DNA of 64,000 nucleotides, from NCBI GenBank assembly GCA_032718475.1, contig JAUCBJ010001232.1, positions 1 through 64,000 of the forward strand. Reading direction: 5' to 3'. Positions 38,069 to 51,754 of the stretch are shown here, piece by piece. Each line of letters opens with the position of its first letter. Within the stretch, counting starts at the first letter, position 1. The translations under genes and the position numbers were made by a program. Source of the stretch: Nemertoderma westbladi. Lineage: Eukaryota; Animalia; Xenacoelomorpha. Under the pieces are notes generated by a model. The model was not told the origin of the DNA, made no database searches, and saw only the letters and a list, made by a program, of their open reading frames with translations.

Positions 38069-41000
38069 ACAGCTGTTGGTACCCGGCTGGCACCTTTGTT
38101 TAGTTTTCTGGTGTATTGGTTTAATCGACAGCTGTTGTTACCCGGCTGGCATCTTGGTTTAGTTTTGTGGTGTGTTAGTTTAATCGACAGCTGTTGGTAC
38201 CCGGCTGGCACCTTGGTTTAGTTTACTGGTGTGTTAGTTTAATCGACAGCTGTTGGTGCCCGGCTGGCACCTTGGTTTAGTTTTGTGGTGTGTTAGTTTA
38301 ATCGACAGCTGTTGGTACCCGGCTGGCACCTTGGTTTAGTTTACTGGTGTGTTAGTTTAATCGACAGCCGTTGGTACCCGGCTGGCACCTTGGTTTAGTT
38401 TACTGGTGTGTTAGTTTAATCGACAGCTGTTGGTGCCCGGCTGGCACCTTGGTTTAGTTTACTGGTGTGTTAGTTTAATTGACAGCTGTTGGTACCCGGC
38501 TGGCACCTTGGTTTAGTTTACTGGTGTGTTAGTTTAATCGACAGCTGTTGGTACCCGGCTGGCACCTTTGTTTAGTTTACTGGTGTGTTAGTTTAATTGA
38601 CAGCTGTTGGTACCCGGCTGGCACCTTGGTTTAGTTTACTGGTGTGTTAGTTTAATTGACAGCTGTTGGTACCCGGCTGGCACCTTGGTTTAGTTTACTG
38701 GTGTGTTAGTTTAATCGACAGCTGTTGGTACCCGGCTGGCACCTTTGTTTAGTTTTCTGGTGTGTTAGTTTAATTGACAGCTGTTGGTACCCGGCTGCCA
38801 CCTTGGTTTAATTTTCTGGTGTGTTAGTTTAATCGACAGCTGTTGGTACCCGGCTAGCACCTTGGTTTAGTTTACTGGTGTGTTAGTTTAATCGACAGCT
38901 GTTGGTACCGGCTGGCACCTTGGTTTAGTTTACTGGTGTGTTAGTTTAATCGACAGCTGTTGGTACCCGGCTGGCACCTTGGTTTAGTTTTCTGGTGTGT
39001 TAGTTTAATCGACAGCTGTTGGTGCCCGGCTGGCACCTTGATTTAGTTTTCTGGTGTGTTAGTTTAATCGACAGCTGTTGGTACCCGGCTGGAACTTTGG
39101 TTTAGTTTTCTGGTGTGTTAGTTTAATCGACAGCTGTTGGTACCCGGCTGGTACCCGGCTGGTACTTTGGTTTAGTTTACTGGTGTGTTAGTTTAATCGA
39201 CAGCTGTTGGTACCCGGCTGTCACCTTGGTTTAGTTTTCTGGTATGTTAGTTTAATCGACAGCTGTTGGTACCCGGCTGGCACCTTGGTTTAGTTTTCTG
39301 GTGTGTTAGTTTAATCGACAGCTGTTGGTACCCGGCTGGCACCTTGGTTTAGTTTTCTGGTATGTTAGTTTAATCGACAGCTGTTGGTACCCGGCTGGCA
39401 CCTTGGTTTAGTTTTCTGGTGTGTTAGTTTAATCGACAGCTGTTGGTACCCGGCTGGCACCTTGGGTTAGTTTTCTGGTGTGTTAGTTTAATCGACAGCT
39501 GTTGGTGCCCGGCTGGCACCTTGGTTTAGTTTTCTGGTGTGTTAGTTTAATCGACAGCTGTTGGTGCCCGGCTGGCACCTTGGTATAGTTTTCTGGTGTA
39601 TTAGTTTAATCGACAGCTGTTGGTACCCGGCTGGAACTTTGGTTTAGTTTACTGTTGTGCTAGTTTAATCGACAGCTGTTGGTGCCCGGCTGGCACCTTG
39701 GTTTAGTTTTCTGGTGTATTAGTTTAATCGACAGCTGTTGGTACCCGGCTGGAACTTTGGTTTAGTTTACTGTTGTGCTAGTTTAATCGACAGCTGTTGG
39801 TGCCCGGCTGGCACCTTGGTTTGGTTTTCTGGTGTAGTAGTTTAATCGACAGATGTTGGTACCCGACTGGAACATTGGTTTAGTTTACTGTTGTGCTAGT
39901 TTAATCGACAGCCGTTGGTGCCCGGCTGGCACCTTGGTTTAGTTTTCTGGTGTGTTAGTTTAATCGACAGCTGTTGGTGTCCGGCTGGCGCCTTGGTTTA
40001 GTTTTCTGGTGTGTTAGTTTAATCGACAGCTGTTGGTTACCGGCTGCCACCTTGGTTTAGTTTTCTGGTGTATTAGTTTAATCGACAGCTGTTGGTACCC
40101 GGCTGGAACTTTAGTTTAGTTTACTGTTGTGCTTGTTTAATCGACAGCTGTTGGTGCCCTGCTGGCACCTTGGTTTAGTCTTCTGGTGTGTTAGTTTAAT
40201 CGACAGCTGTTGGTGCCCGGCTGGCACCTTGGTTTATTTTTCTGGTGTGTTAATTTAATCGACAGCTGTTGGTGCCCGACTGGCACCTTGGTTTAGTTTA
40301 CTGGTGTGCTAGTTTAATGGACAGCTGTTGGTACCCGGCTGCCACCTTGGTTTAATTTTCTGGTGTGTTAGTTTAATCGACAGCTGTTGGTACCCGGCTG
40401 GCACCTTGGTTTGGTTTTCTGGTGTGTTAGTTTAATCGACAGCTGTTGGTGCCCGGCTGGCACCTTGGTTTAGTTTTCTGGTGTGTTAGTTTAATCGACA
40501 GCTGTTGGTGCCCGGCTGGCACCTTGGTTTAGTTTTCTGGTGTGTTAGTTTAATCGACAGCTGTTGGTACCCGGCTGGAACTTTGGTTTAGTTTACTGTT
40601 GTGCTAGTTTAATCGACAGCTGTTGGTGCCCGGCTGGCACCTTGGTTCAGTTTTCTGTTGTGTTAGTTTTATCGACAGCTGTTGGAGCCCGACTGGCACC
40701 TTGGTTTAATTTTCTGGTGTGTTAGTTTAATCGACAGCTGTTGGTGCCCGACTGGCACCTTGGTTTAGTGTACTGGTGTGCTAGTTTAATCAACAGCTGT
40801 TGGTGCCCGGCAGGCACCTTGGTTTAGTTTTCTGGTGTGTTAGTTTAATCGACAGCTGTTGGTGCCCGGATGGCACCTTGGTTTAGTTTTCTGGTGTGTT
40901 AGTTTAATCGACAGCTGTTGGTACCCGGCTGGCACCTTGGTTTAGTTTTCTGGTGTGTTAGTTTAATCGACAGCTGTTGGTGCCCGGCTGTCACCTTGGT

Positions 41001-44000
41001 TTAGTTTTCTGGTGTGTTAATTTTATCGACAGCTGTTGGTGCCCGGCAGGCACCTTGGTTTAGTTTTCTGGTGTGTTAGTTTTATCGACAGCTGTTGGTA
41101 CCCGGCTGGCACCTTGGTTTAGTTTTCTGGTGTGTTAGTTTAATCGACAGCTGTTGGTACCCGGCTAGCACCTTGGTTTAGTTTTCTGGTGTGTTAGTTT
41201 AATCGACAGCTGTTGGTACCCGGGTGGCACCTTGGTTTGGTTTTCTGGTGTGTTAGTTTAATCGACAGCTGTTGGTGCCCGACTGGCACCTTGGTTTAGT
41301 TTACTGTTGTGCTAGTTTAATCGACAGCTGTTGTTACCCGGCTAGCACCTTGGTTTAGTTTTCTGGTGTGTTAGTTTAATCGACAGCTGTTGGTACCCGG
41401 CTGGCACCTTGGTTTGGTTTTCTGGTGTGTTAGTTTAATCGACAGCTGTTGGTACCCGGCTGGCACCTTGGTTTGGTTTTCTGGTGTAGTAGTTAATCGA
41501 CAGATGTTGGTACCCGGCTGGAACATTGGTTTAGTTTACTGTTGTGCTAGTTTAATCGACAGCTGTTGGTGCCCGGCTGGCACCTTGGTTTAGTTTTCTG
41601 GTGTGTTAGTTTAATCGACAGCTGTTGGTGTCCGGCTGGCACCTTGGTTTAGTTTTCTGGTGTGTTAGTTTAATCGACAGCTGTTGGTGTCCGGCTGGCA
41701 CCTTGGTTTAGTTTACTGTTGTGCTAGTTTAATCGACAGCTGTTGGTGCCTGGCTGGCACCTTGGTTTATTTTTCTGGTGTGTTAATTTAATCGACAGCT
41801 GTTGGTGCCCGACTGGCACCTTGGTTTAGTTTACTGGTGTGCTAGTTTAATCGACAGCTGTTGGTACCCGGCTGCCACCTTGGTTTAATTTTCTGGTGTG
41901 TTAGTTTAATCGACAGCTGTTGGTGCCCGACTGGCACCTTGGTTTAGTTTACTGGTGTGCTAGTTTAATCGACAGCTGTTAGTGCCCGACAGGCACCTTG
42001 GTTTAGTTTTCTGGTGTGTTAGTTTAATCGACAGCTGTTGGTGCCCGGTTGGCACCTTGGTTTAGTTTTCTGGTGTGTTAGTTTAATCGACAGCTGTTGG
42101 TACCCGGCTAGAACTTTTGTTTAGTTTACTGTTGTGCTAGTTTAATCGACAGCTGTTGGTGCCCGACTGGCACCTTGGTTTAGTTTACTGGTGTGCTAGT
42201 TTAATCGACAGCCGTTGGTACCCGGCTGGCACCTTGGTTTAGTTTTCTGGTGTGCTAGTTTAATCGACAGCTGTTGGTACCCGGCTGCCACCTTGGTTTA
42301 ATTTTCTGGTGTGTTAGTTTAATCGACAGCTGTTGGTGCCCGGCAGGCACCTTGGTTTAGTTTTTGGTGTGTTAGTTTAATCGACAGCTGTTGGTGCCCG
42401 GTTGGCACCTTGGTTTAGTTTTCTGGTGTGTTAGTTTAATCGACAGCTGTTGGTACCCGGCTGGCACCTTGGTTTGGTTTTCTGGTGTGTTAGTTTTATC
42501 GACAGCTGTTGGTACCCGGCTGGCACCTTGGTTTAGTTTTCTGGTGTGTTAGTTTAATCGACAGCTGTTGGTACCCGGTTGGCACCTTGGTTTAGTTTTC
42601 TGGTGTGTTAGTTTAATCGACAGCTGTTGGTGCCCGGCTGGCACCTTGGTTTAGTTTTTGGTGTGTTAGTTTAATTGACAGCTGTTGGTACCCGGCTGGC
42701 ACCTTGGTTTAGTTTTGTGGTGTGTTAGTTTAATCGACAGCGGTTGGTACCCGGCTGGCACCTTGGTTTGGTTTTCTGGTGTGTTAGTTTAATCGACAGC
42801 TGTTGGTACCCGGCTGGCACCTTGGTTTGGTTTTCTGGTGTAGTAGTTTAATCGACAGATGTTGGTACCCGGCTGGAACATTGGTTTAGTTTACTGGTGT
42901 GTTAGTTTAATCGACAGCTGTTGGTGCCCGGCTGGCACCTTGGTTTAGTTTTCTGGTGTGTTAGTTTAATCGACAGCTGTTGGTGTCCGGCTGGCACCTT
43001 GGTTTAGTTTTCTGGTGTGTTAGTTTAATCGACAGCTGTTGGTGTCCGGCTGGCACCTTGGTTTAGTTTACTGTTGTGCTAGTTTAATCGACAGCTGTTG
43101 GTGCCTGGCTGGCACCTTGGTTTATTTTTCTGGTGTGTTAATTTAATCGACAGCTGTTGGTGCCCGACTGGCACCTTGGTTTAGTTTACTGGTGTGCTAG
43201 TTTAATCGACAGCTGTTGGTACCCGGCTGCCACCTTGGTTTAATTTTCTGGTGTGTTAGTTTAATCGACAGCTGTTGGTACCCGGCTGCCACCTTGGTTT
43301 AATTTTCTGGTGTGTTAGTTTAATCGACAGTTGTTGGTGCCCGACTGGCACCTTGGTTTAGTGTACTGGTGTGCTAGTTTAATCGACAGCTGTTGGTGCC
43401 CGGCAGGCACCTTGGTTTAGTTTTTGGTGTGTTAGTTTAATCGACAGCTGTTGGTGCCCGGCTGGCACCTTGGTTTAGTTTTCTGGTGTGTTAGTTTAAT
43501 CGACAGCTGTTGGTACCCGGCTGGCACCTTGGTTTGGTTTTCTGGTGTGTTAGTTTTATCGACAGCTGTTGGTACCCGGCTGGTACCTTGGTTTAGTTTT
43601 CTGGTGTGTTAGTTTAATCGACAGCTGTTGGTACCCGGCTGGCACCTTGGTTTAGTTTTCTGGTGTGTTAGTTTAATCGACAGCTGTTGGTGCCCGGCTG
43701 GCACCTTGGTTTAGTTTTCTGGTGTGTTAGTTTAATCGACAGCTGTTGGTACCCGGCTGGCACCTTGGTTTAGTTTTCTGGTATGTTAGTTTAATCGACA
43801 GCTGTTGGTACCCGGCTGGCACCTTGGTTTAGTTTTCTGGTCTGTTAGTTTAATCGACAGCTGTTGGTACCCGGCTGGCACCTTGGGTTAGTTTTCTGGT
43901 GTGTTAGTTTAATCGACAGCTGTTGGTGCCCGGCTGGCACCTTGGTTTAGTTTTCTGGTGTGTTAGTTTAATCGACAGCTGTTGGTGCCCGGCTGGCACC

Positions 44001-47000
44001 TTGGTATAGTTTTCTGGTGTATTAGTTTAATCGACAGCTGTTGGTACCCGGCTGGAACTTTGGTTTAGTTTACTGTTGTGCTAGTTTAATCGACAGCTGT
44101 TGGAGCCCGGCTGGCACCTTGGTTTAGTTTTCTGGTGTATTAGTTTAATCGACAGCTGTTGGTACCCGGCTGGAACTTTGGTTTAGTTTACTGTTGTGCT
44201 AGTTTAATCGACAGCTGTTGGTGCCCGGCTGGCACCTTGGTTTGGTTTTCTGGTGTAGTAGTTTAATCGACAGATGTTGGTACCCGACTGGAACATTGGT
44301 TTAGTTTACTGTTGTGCTAGTTTAATCGACAGCCGTTGGTGCCCGGCTGGCACCTTGGTTTAGTTTTCTGGTGTGTTAGTTTAATCGACAGCTGTTGGTG
44401 TCCGGCTGGCGCCTTGGTTTAGTTTTCTGGTGTGTTAGTTTAATCGACAGCTGTTGGTGCCCGGCTGGCACCTTGGTTTAGTTTTCTGGTGTGTTAGATT
44501 AATCGACAGCTGTTGGTGCCCGGCTGGCACCTTGGTTTAGTTTTCTGGTGTGTTAGTTTAATCGACAGCTGTTGGTACCCGGCTGGCACCTTGGTTTAGT
44601 TTTCTGGTATGTTAGTTTAATCGACAGCTGTTGGTACCCGGCTGGCACCTTGGTTTAGTTTTCTGGTGTGTTAGTTTAATCGACAGCTGTTGGTACCCGG
44701 CTGGCACCTTGGGTTAGTTTTCTGGTGTGTTAGTTTAATCGACAGCTGTTGGTGCCCGGCTGGCACCTTGGTTTAGTTTTCTGGTGTGTTAGTTTAATCG
44801 ACAGCTGTTGGTGCCCGGCTGGCACCTTGGTTTAGTTTTCTGGTGTGTTAGTTTAATCGACAGCTGTTGGTGCCCGGCTGCCACCTTGGTTTAGTTTTCT
44901 GGTGTATTAGTTTAATCGACAGCTGTTGGTACCCGGCTGGAACTTTAGTTTAGTTTACTGTTGTGCTTGTTTAATCGACTGCTGTTGGTGCCCTGCTGGC
45001 ACCTTGGTTTAGTTTTCTGGTGTGTTAGTTTAATCGACAGCTGTTGGTGCCCGGCTGGCACCTTGGTTTATTTTTCTGGTGTGTTAATTTAATCGACAGC
45101 TGTTGGTGCCCGACTGGCACCTTGGTTTAGTTTACTGGTGTGCTAGTTTAATGGACAGCTGTTGGTACCCGGCTGCCACCTTGGTTTAATTTTCTGGTGT
45201 GTTAGTTTAATCGACAGCTGTTGGTACCCGGCTGGCACCTTGGTTTGGTTTTCTGGTGTGTTAGTTTAATCGACAGCTGTTGGTGCCCGGCTGGCACCTT
45301 GGTTTAGTTTTCTGGTGTGTTAGTTTAATCGACAGCTGTTGGTACCCGGCTGGAACTTTGGTTTAGTTTACTGTTGTGTTAGTTTAATCGACAGCTGTTG
45401 GTGCCCGGCTGGCACCTTGGTTTAGTTTTCTGTTGTGTTAGTTTTATCGACAGCTGTTGGAGCCCGACTGGCACCTTGGTTTAGTTTACTGTTGTGCTAG
45501 TTTAATCGACAGCTGTTGGTACCCGGCTGCCACCTTGGTTTAATTTTCTGGTGTGTTAGTTTAATCGACAGCTGTTGGTGCCCGACTGGCACCTTGGTTT
45601 AGTGTACTGGTGTGCTAGTTTAATCAACAGCTGTTGGTGCCCGGCAGGCACCTTGGTTTAGTTTTCTGGTGTGTTAGTTTAATCGACAGCTGTTGGTGCC
45701 CGGCTGGCACCTTGGTTTAGTTTTCTGGTGTGTTAGTTTAATCGACAGCTGCTGGTACCCGGCTGGCACCTTGGTTTAGTTTTCTGGTGTGTTAGTTTAA
45801 TCGACAGCTGTTGGTGCCCGGCTGTCACCTTGGTTTAGTTTTCTGGTGTGTTAATTTTATCGGCAGCTGTTGGTGCCCGGCAGGCACCTTGGTTTAGTTT
45901 TCTGGTGTGTTAGTTTTATCGACAGCTGTTGGTACCCGGCTGGCACCTTGGTTTAGTTTTCTGGTGTGTTAGTTTAATCGACAGCTGTTGGTACCCGGCT
46001 AGCACCTTGGTTTAGTTTTCTGGTGTGTTAGTTTAATCGACAGCTGTTGGTACCCGGCTGGCACCTTGGTTTGGTTTTCTGGTGTGTTAGTTTAATCGAC
46101 AGCTGTTGGTGCCCGACTGGCACCTTGGTTTAGTTTACTGTTGTGCTAGTTTAATCGACAGCTGTTGTTACCCGGCTAGCACCTTGGTTTAGTTTTCTGG
46201 TGTGTTAGTTTAATCGACAGCTGTTGGTACCCGGCTGGCACCTTGGTTTGGTTTTCTGGTGTGTTAGTTTAATCGACAGCTGTTGGTACCCGGCTGGCAC
46301 CTTGGTTTGGTTTTCTGTTGTAGTAGTTATCGACAGATGTTGGTACCCGGCTGGAACATTGGTTTAGTTTACTGTTGTGCTAGTTTAATCGACAGCTGTT
46401 GGTGCCCGGCTGGCACCTTGGTTTAGTTTTCTGGTGTGTTAGTTTAATCGACAGCTGTTGGTGTCCGGCTGGCACCTTGGTTTAGTTTTCTGGTGTGTTT
46501 GTTTAATCGACAGCTGTTGGTGTCCGGCTGGCACCTTGGTTTAGTTTACTGTTGTGCTAGTTTAATCGACAGCTGTTGGTGCCTGGCTGGCACCTTGGTT
46601 TATTTTTCTGGTGTGTTAATTTAATCGACAGCTGTTGGTGCCCGACTGGCACCTTGGTTTAGTTTACTGGTGTGCTAGTTTAATCGACAGCTGTTGGTAC
46701 CCGGCTGCCACCTTGGTTTAATTTTCTGGTGTGTTAGTTTAATCGACTGCTGTTGGTGCCCGACTGGCACCTTGGTTTAGTTTACTGGTGTGCTAGTTTA
46801 ATCGACAGCTGTTAGTGCCCGACAGGCACCTTGGTTTAGTTTTCTGGTGTGTTAGTTTAATCGACAGCTGTTGGTGCCCGGTTGGCACCTTGGTTTAGTT
46901 TTCTGGTGTGTTAGTTTAATCGACAGCTGTTGGTACCCGGCTAGAACTTTTGTTTAGTTTACTGTTGTGCTAGTTTAATCGACAGCTGTTGGTGCCCGAC

Positions 47001-47742
47001 TGGCACCTTGGTTTAGTTTACTGGTGTGCTAGTTTAATCGACAGCCGTTGGTACCCGGCTGGCACCTTGGTTTAGTTTTCTGGTGTGCTAGTTTAATCGA
47101 CAGCTGTTGGTACCCGGCTGCCACCTTGGTTTAATTTTCTGGTGTGTTAGTTTAATCGACAGCTGTTGGTGCCCGGCAGGCACCTTGGTTTAGTTTTTGG
47201 TGTGTTAGTTTAATCGACAGCTGTTGGTGCCCGGCTGGCACCTTGGTTTAGTTTTCTGGTGTGTTAGTTTAATCGACAGCTGTTGGTACCCGGCTGGCAC
47301 CTTGGTTTGGTTTTCTGGTGTGTTAGTTTTATTGACAGCTGTTGGTACCCGGCTGGCACCTTGGTTTAGTTTTCTGGTGTGTTAGTTTAATCGACAGCTG
47401 TTGGTACCCGGTTGGCATCTTGGTTTAGTTTTCTGGTGTGTTAGTTTAATCGACAGCTGTTGGTGCCCGGCAGGCACCTTGGTTTAGTTTTTGGTGTGTT
47501 AGTTTAATTGACAGCTGTTGGTACCCGACTGGAACTTTGGTTTAGTTTACTGTTGTGCTAGTTTAATCGACAGCTGTTGGTACCCGGTTGGCACCTTGGT
47601 TTAGTTTTTGGTGTGTTAGTTTAATTGACAGCTGTTGGTACCCGGCTGGCACCTTGGTTTAGTTTTGTGGTGTGTTAGTTTAATCGACAGCGGTTGGTAC
47701 CCGGCTGGCACCTTGGTTTGGTTTTCTGGTGTGTTAGTTTAA

Positions 47743-48455
47743 GGGGGGGGGTACACCATTTTGGTCAAAAATATGTCAAAATTTTTTTTATGATCTATTA
47801 TAATGCACCATTGAATTGTGTTTCCAAATCTGAAAACCGCAATTTAATAGCTCTTTTAGTTTTTAAGTTATAACAATTTCCATTTAGGGATTCCTATTGA
47901 AATTACTATTACTATGTATAATGAAAGGTCGATTATCTCCAAATATTTTTTTTATGAAATTGTCAACTTCAAAACCCTACTACTTTTACAATTTTTGAGG
48001 AATTAGTCTGCAACTTTCTGTGGTTGTCTACATAGCCACCCTGCATAAAAGTATCAGACAACTTTTCGAAATTATTTGTTAATAAAATTTAATACTATTT
48101 ATAACAAACCTAAAAATTAGGCATAAATTTGCAGCGCCACCTAGCGGTGCAGAATTATTTTCACAAAATTTCACCTGATAGTTATGTTGCCCCATCTTTG
48201 ATCTATCATATAAAAAAACTTTCATGTGATAAGATTCAAAACTGTAAAAGCCTTAGGGTTTTAAGCGCAACCAAGTTTTTTTTGTTGTTAACTAGTATTA
48301 ACTAATATTAAATAGCGAAAAATAAAAATTTTTTAACCTGTCATGTAGAATAGCATCTTAGGCACCTATATTCCAAATTATAGCCAAAACCAAACAATTT
48401 TGAAACGCTGAGAGTGATAAATCGAAGAGTTGTCCGAAAATGGTGTACCCCCCCC
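47743..48455. mobile_element. TTAA-targeting MITE, Kolobok-like, 713 bp
   Basis: TIRs G8-9TACACCATTTT / AAAATGGTGTAC-C8. TTAA is duplicated (47739-47742 and 48456-48459) and the satellite resumes in register. GG termini with a TTAA TSD fit Kolobok rather than piggyBac (CC termini). Confidence 0.9.
48134..48147 (-). promoter_or_regulatory. CTCF-like motif CCGCTAGGTGGCGC
   Basis: Close match to the CTCF core consensus CC.C.AG.(G/T)GGCGC. Motif only, no binding data. Confidence 0.45.
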
Positions 48456-51400
48456 TTAATCGACAGCTGTTGGTACCCGGCTGGCACCTTGGTTTGGTTT
48501 TCTGGTGTAGTAGTTTAATCGACAGATGTTGGTACCCGGCTGGAACATTGGTTTAGTTTACTGGTGTGTTAGTTTAATCGACAGCTGTTGGTGCCCGGCT
48601 GGCACCTTGGTTTAGTTTTCTGGTGTGTTAGTTTAATCGACAGCTGTTGGTGTCCGGCTGGCACCTTGGTTTAGTTTTCTGGTGTGTTAGTTTAATCGAC
48701 AGCTGTTGGTGTCCGGCTGGCACCTTGGTTTAGTTTACTGTTGTGCTAGTTTAATCGACAGCTGTTGGTGCCTGGCTGGCACCTTGGTTTATTTTTCTGG
48801 TGTGTTAATTTAATCGACAGCTGTTGGTGCCCGACTGGCACCTTGGTTTAGTTTACTGGTGTGCTAGTTTAATCGACAGCTGTTGGTACCCGGCTGCCAC
48901 CTTGGTTTAATTTTCTGGTGTGTTAGTTTAATCGACAGCTGTTGGTGCCCGACTGGCACCTTGGTTTAGTTTACTGGTGTGCTAGTTTAATCGACAGCTG
49001 TTAGTGCCCGACAGGCACCTTGGTTTAGTTTTCTGGTGTGTTAGTTTAATCGACAGCTGTTGGTACCCGGTTGGCACCTTGGTTTAGTTTTCTGGTGTGT
49101 TAGTTTAATCGACAGCTGTTGGTACCCGGCTAGAACTTTGGTTTAGTTTACTGTTGTGCCAGTTTAATCGACAGCTGTTGGTGCCCTACTGGCACCTTGG
49201 TTTAGTTTACTGGTGTGCTAGTTTAATCGACAGCCGTTTGTACCCGGCTGGCACCTTGGTTTAGTTTTCTGGTGTATTAGTTTAATCGACAGCTGTTGGT
49301 GCCCGGCTGGCACCTTGGTTTAGTTTTCTGGTGTGCTTGTTTAATCGACTGCTGTTGGTGCCCGGCTGCCACCTTGGTTTAATTTTCTGGTGTGTTAGTT
49401 TAATCGACAGTTGTTGGTGCCCGACTGGCACCTTGGTTTAGTGTACTGGTGTGCTAGTTTAATCGACAGCCGTTTGTACCCGGCTGGCACCTTGGTTTAG
49501 TTTTCTGGTGTGCTAGTTTAATCGACAGCTGTTGGTACCCGGCTGCCACCTTGGTTTAATTTTCTGGTGTGTTAGTTTAATCGACAGTTGTTGGTGCCCG
49601 ACTGGCACCTTGGTTTAGTGTACTGTTGTGCCAGTTTAATCGACAGCTGTTGGTGCCCTACTGGCACCTTGGTTTAGTTTACTGGTGTGCTAGTTTAATC
49701 GACAGCCGTTTGTACCCGGCTGGCACCTTGGTTTAGTTTTCTGGTGTGCTAGTTTAATCGACAGCTGTTGGTACCCGGCTGCCACCTTGGTTTAATTTTC
49801 TGGTGTGTTAGTTTAATCGACAGTTGTTGGTGCCCGACTGGCACCTTGGTTTAGTGTACTGTTGTGCCAGTTTAATCGACAGCTGTTGGTGCCCTACTGG
49901 CACCTTGGTTTAGTTTACTGGTGTGCTAGTTTAATCGACAGCTGTTGGTACCCGGCTGGCACCTTGGTTTAGTTTTCTGGTGTATTAGTTTAATCGACAG
50001 CTGTTGGTGCCCGGCTGGCACCTTGGTTTAGTTTTCTGGTGTGCTAGTTTAATCGACAGCTGTTGGTACCCGGCTGCCACCTTGGTTTAATTTTCTGGTG
50101 TGTTAGTTTAATCGACAGTTGTTGGTGCCCGACTGGCACCTTGGTTTAGTGTACTGGTGTGCTAGTTTAATCGACAGCTGTTGGTGCCCGGCAGGCACCT
50201 TGGTTTAGTTTACTGGTGTGCTAGTTTAATCGACAGCCGTTTGTACCCGGCTGGCACCTTGGTTTAGTTTTCTGGTGTGCTAGTTTAATCGACAGCTGTT
50301 GGTACCCGGCTGCCACCTTGGTTTAATTTTCTGGTGTGTTAGTTTAATCGACAGTTGTTGGTGCCCGACTGGCACCTTGGTTTAGTGTACTGTTGTGCCA
50401 GTTTAATCGACAGCTGTTGGTGCCCTACTGGCACCTTGGTTTAGTTTACTGGTGTGCTAGTTTAATCGACAGCCGTTTGTACCCGGCTAGCACCTTGGTT
50501 TAGTTTTCTGGTGTGCTAGTTTAATCAACAGCTGTTGGTGCCCGGTTGGCACCTTGGTTTAGTTTTCTGGTGTGCTAGTTTAATCGACAGCCGTTTGTAC
50601 CCGGCTGGCACCTTGGTTTAGTTTTCTGGTGTGCTAGTTTAATCGACAGCTGTTGGTACCCGGCTGCCACCTTGGTTTAATTTTCTGGTGTGTTAGTTTA
50701 ATCGACAGTTGTTGGTGCCCGACTGGCACCTTGGTTTAGTGTACTGTTGTGCCAGTTTAATCGACAGCTGTTGGTGCCCTACTGGCACCTTGGTTTAGTT
50801 TACTGGTGTGCTAGTTTAATCGACAGCCGTTTGTACCCGGCTGGAACTTTGGTTTAGTTTACTGTTGTGCTAGTTTAATCGACAGCTGTTGGTACCCGGC
50901 TGCCACCTTGGTTTAATTTTCTGGTGTGCTAGTTTAATCGACAGCTGTTGGTACCCGGCTGCCACCTTGGTTTAATTTTCTGGTGTGTTAGTTTAATCGA
51001 CAGTTGTTGGTGCCCGACTGGCACCTTGGTTTAGTGTACTGGTGTGCTAGTTTTATCGACAGCTGTTGGTGTCCGGCTGGCACCTTGGTTTAGTTTTCTG
51101 GTGTGCTAGTTTAATCGACAGCTGTTGGTACCCGGCTGCCACCTTGGTTTAATTTTCTGGTGTGTTAGTTTAATCGACAGTTGTTGGTGCCCGACTGGCA
51201 CCTTGGTTTAGTGTACTGGTGTGCTAGTTTAATCGACAGCTGTTGGTGCCCGGCAGGCACCTTGGTTTAGTTTTTGGTGTGTTAGTTTAATCGACAGCTG
51301 TTGGTGCCCGGCTGGCACCTTGGTTTAGTTTTCTGGTGTGTTAGTTTAATCGACAGCTGTTGGTACCCGGCTGGCACCTTGGTTTGGTTTTCTGGTGTGT

Positions 51401-51754
51401 TAGTTTTATCGACAGCTGTTGGTACCCGGCTGGCACCTTGGTTTAGTTTTCTGGTGTGTTAGTTTAATCGACAGCTGTTGGTACCCGGCTGGCACCTTGG
51501 TTTAGTTTTCTGGTGTGTTAGTTTAATCGACAGCTGTTGGTGCCCGGCTGGCACCTTGGTTTAGTTTTCTGGTGTGTTAGTTTAATCGACAGCTGTTGGT
51601 ACCCGGCTGGCACCTTGGTTTAGTTTTCTGGTGTGTTAGTTTAATCGACAGCTGTTGGTACCCGGCTGGCACCTTGGTTTAGTTTTCTGGTGTGTTAGTT
51701 TAATCTATAACCAGAGCTGCCGCTCCTGGCTTCCTCAATAAAAAAACAAACGAG

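Larger units (their letters stand above)
38069..51705. repeat. 59-bp satellite array, ~219 monomers, consensus ACAGCTGTTGGT(A/G)CCCGGCTGGCACCTTGGTTTAGTTTTCTGGTGTGTTAGTTTAATCG, interrupted once
   Basis: Period 59 (38071 to 38130 and onward), head-to-tail, with recurrent variant blocks. One insertion at 47743-48455. Confidence 0.98.

Noticed and set aside
38069-51705. CRISPR or telomeric array; 67-aa ORF at 41390
   Set aside because: No spacers and no short G-rich telomere unit; the ORF is a chance loss of stops in satellite monomers.
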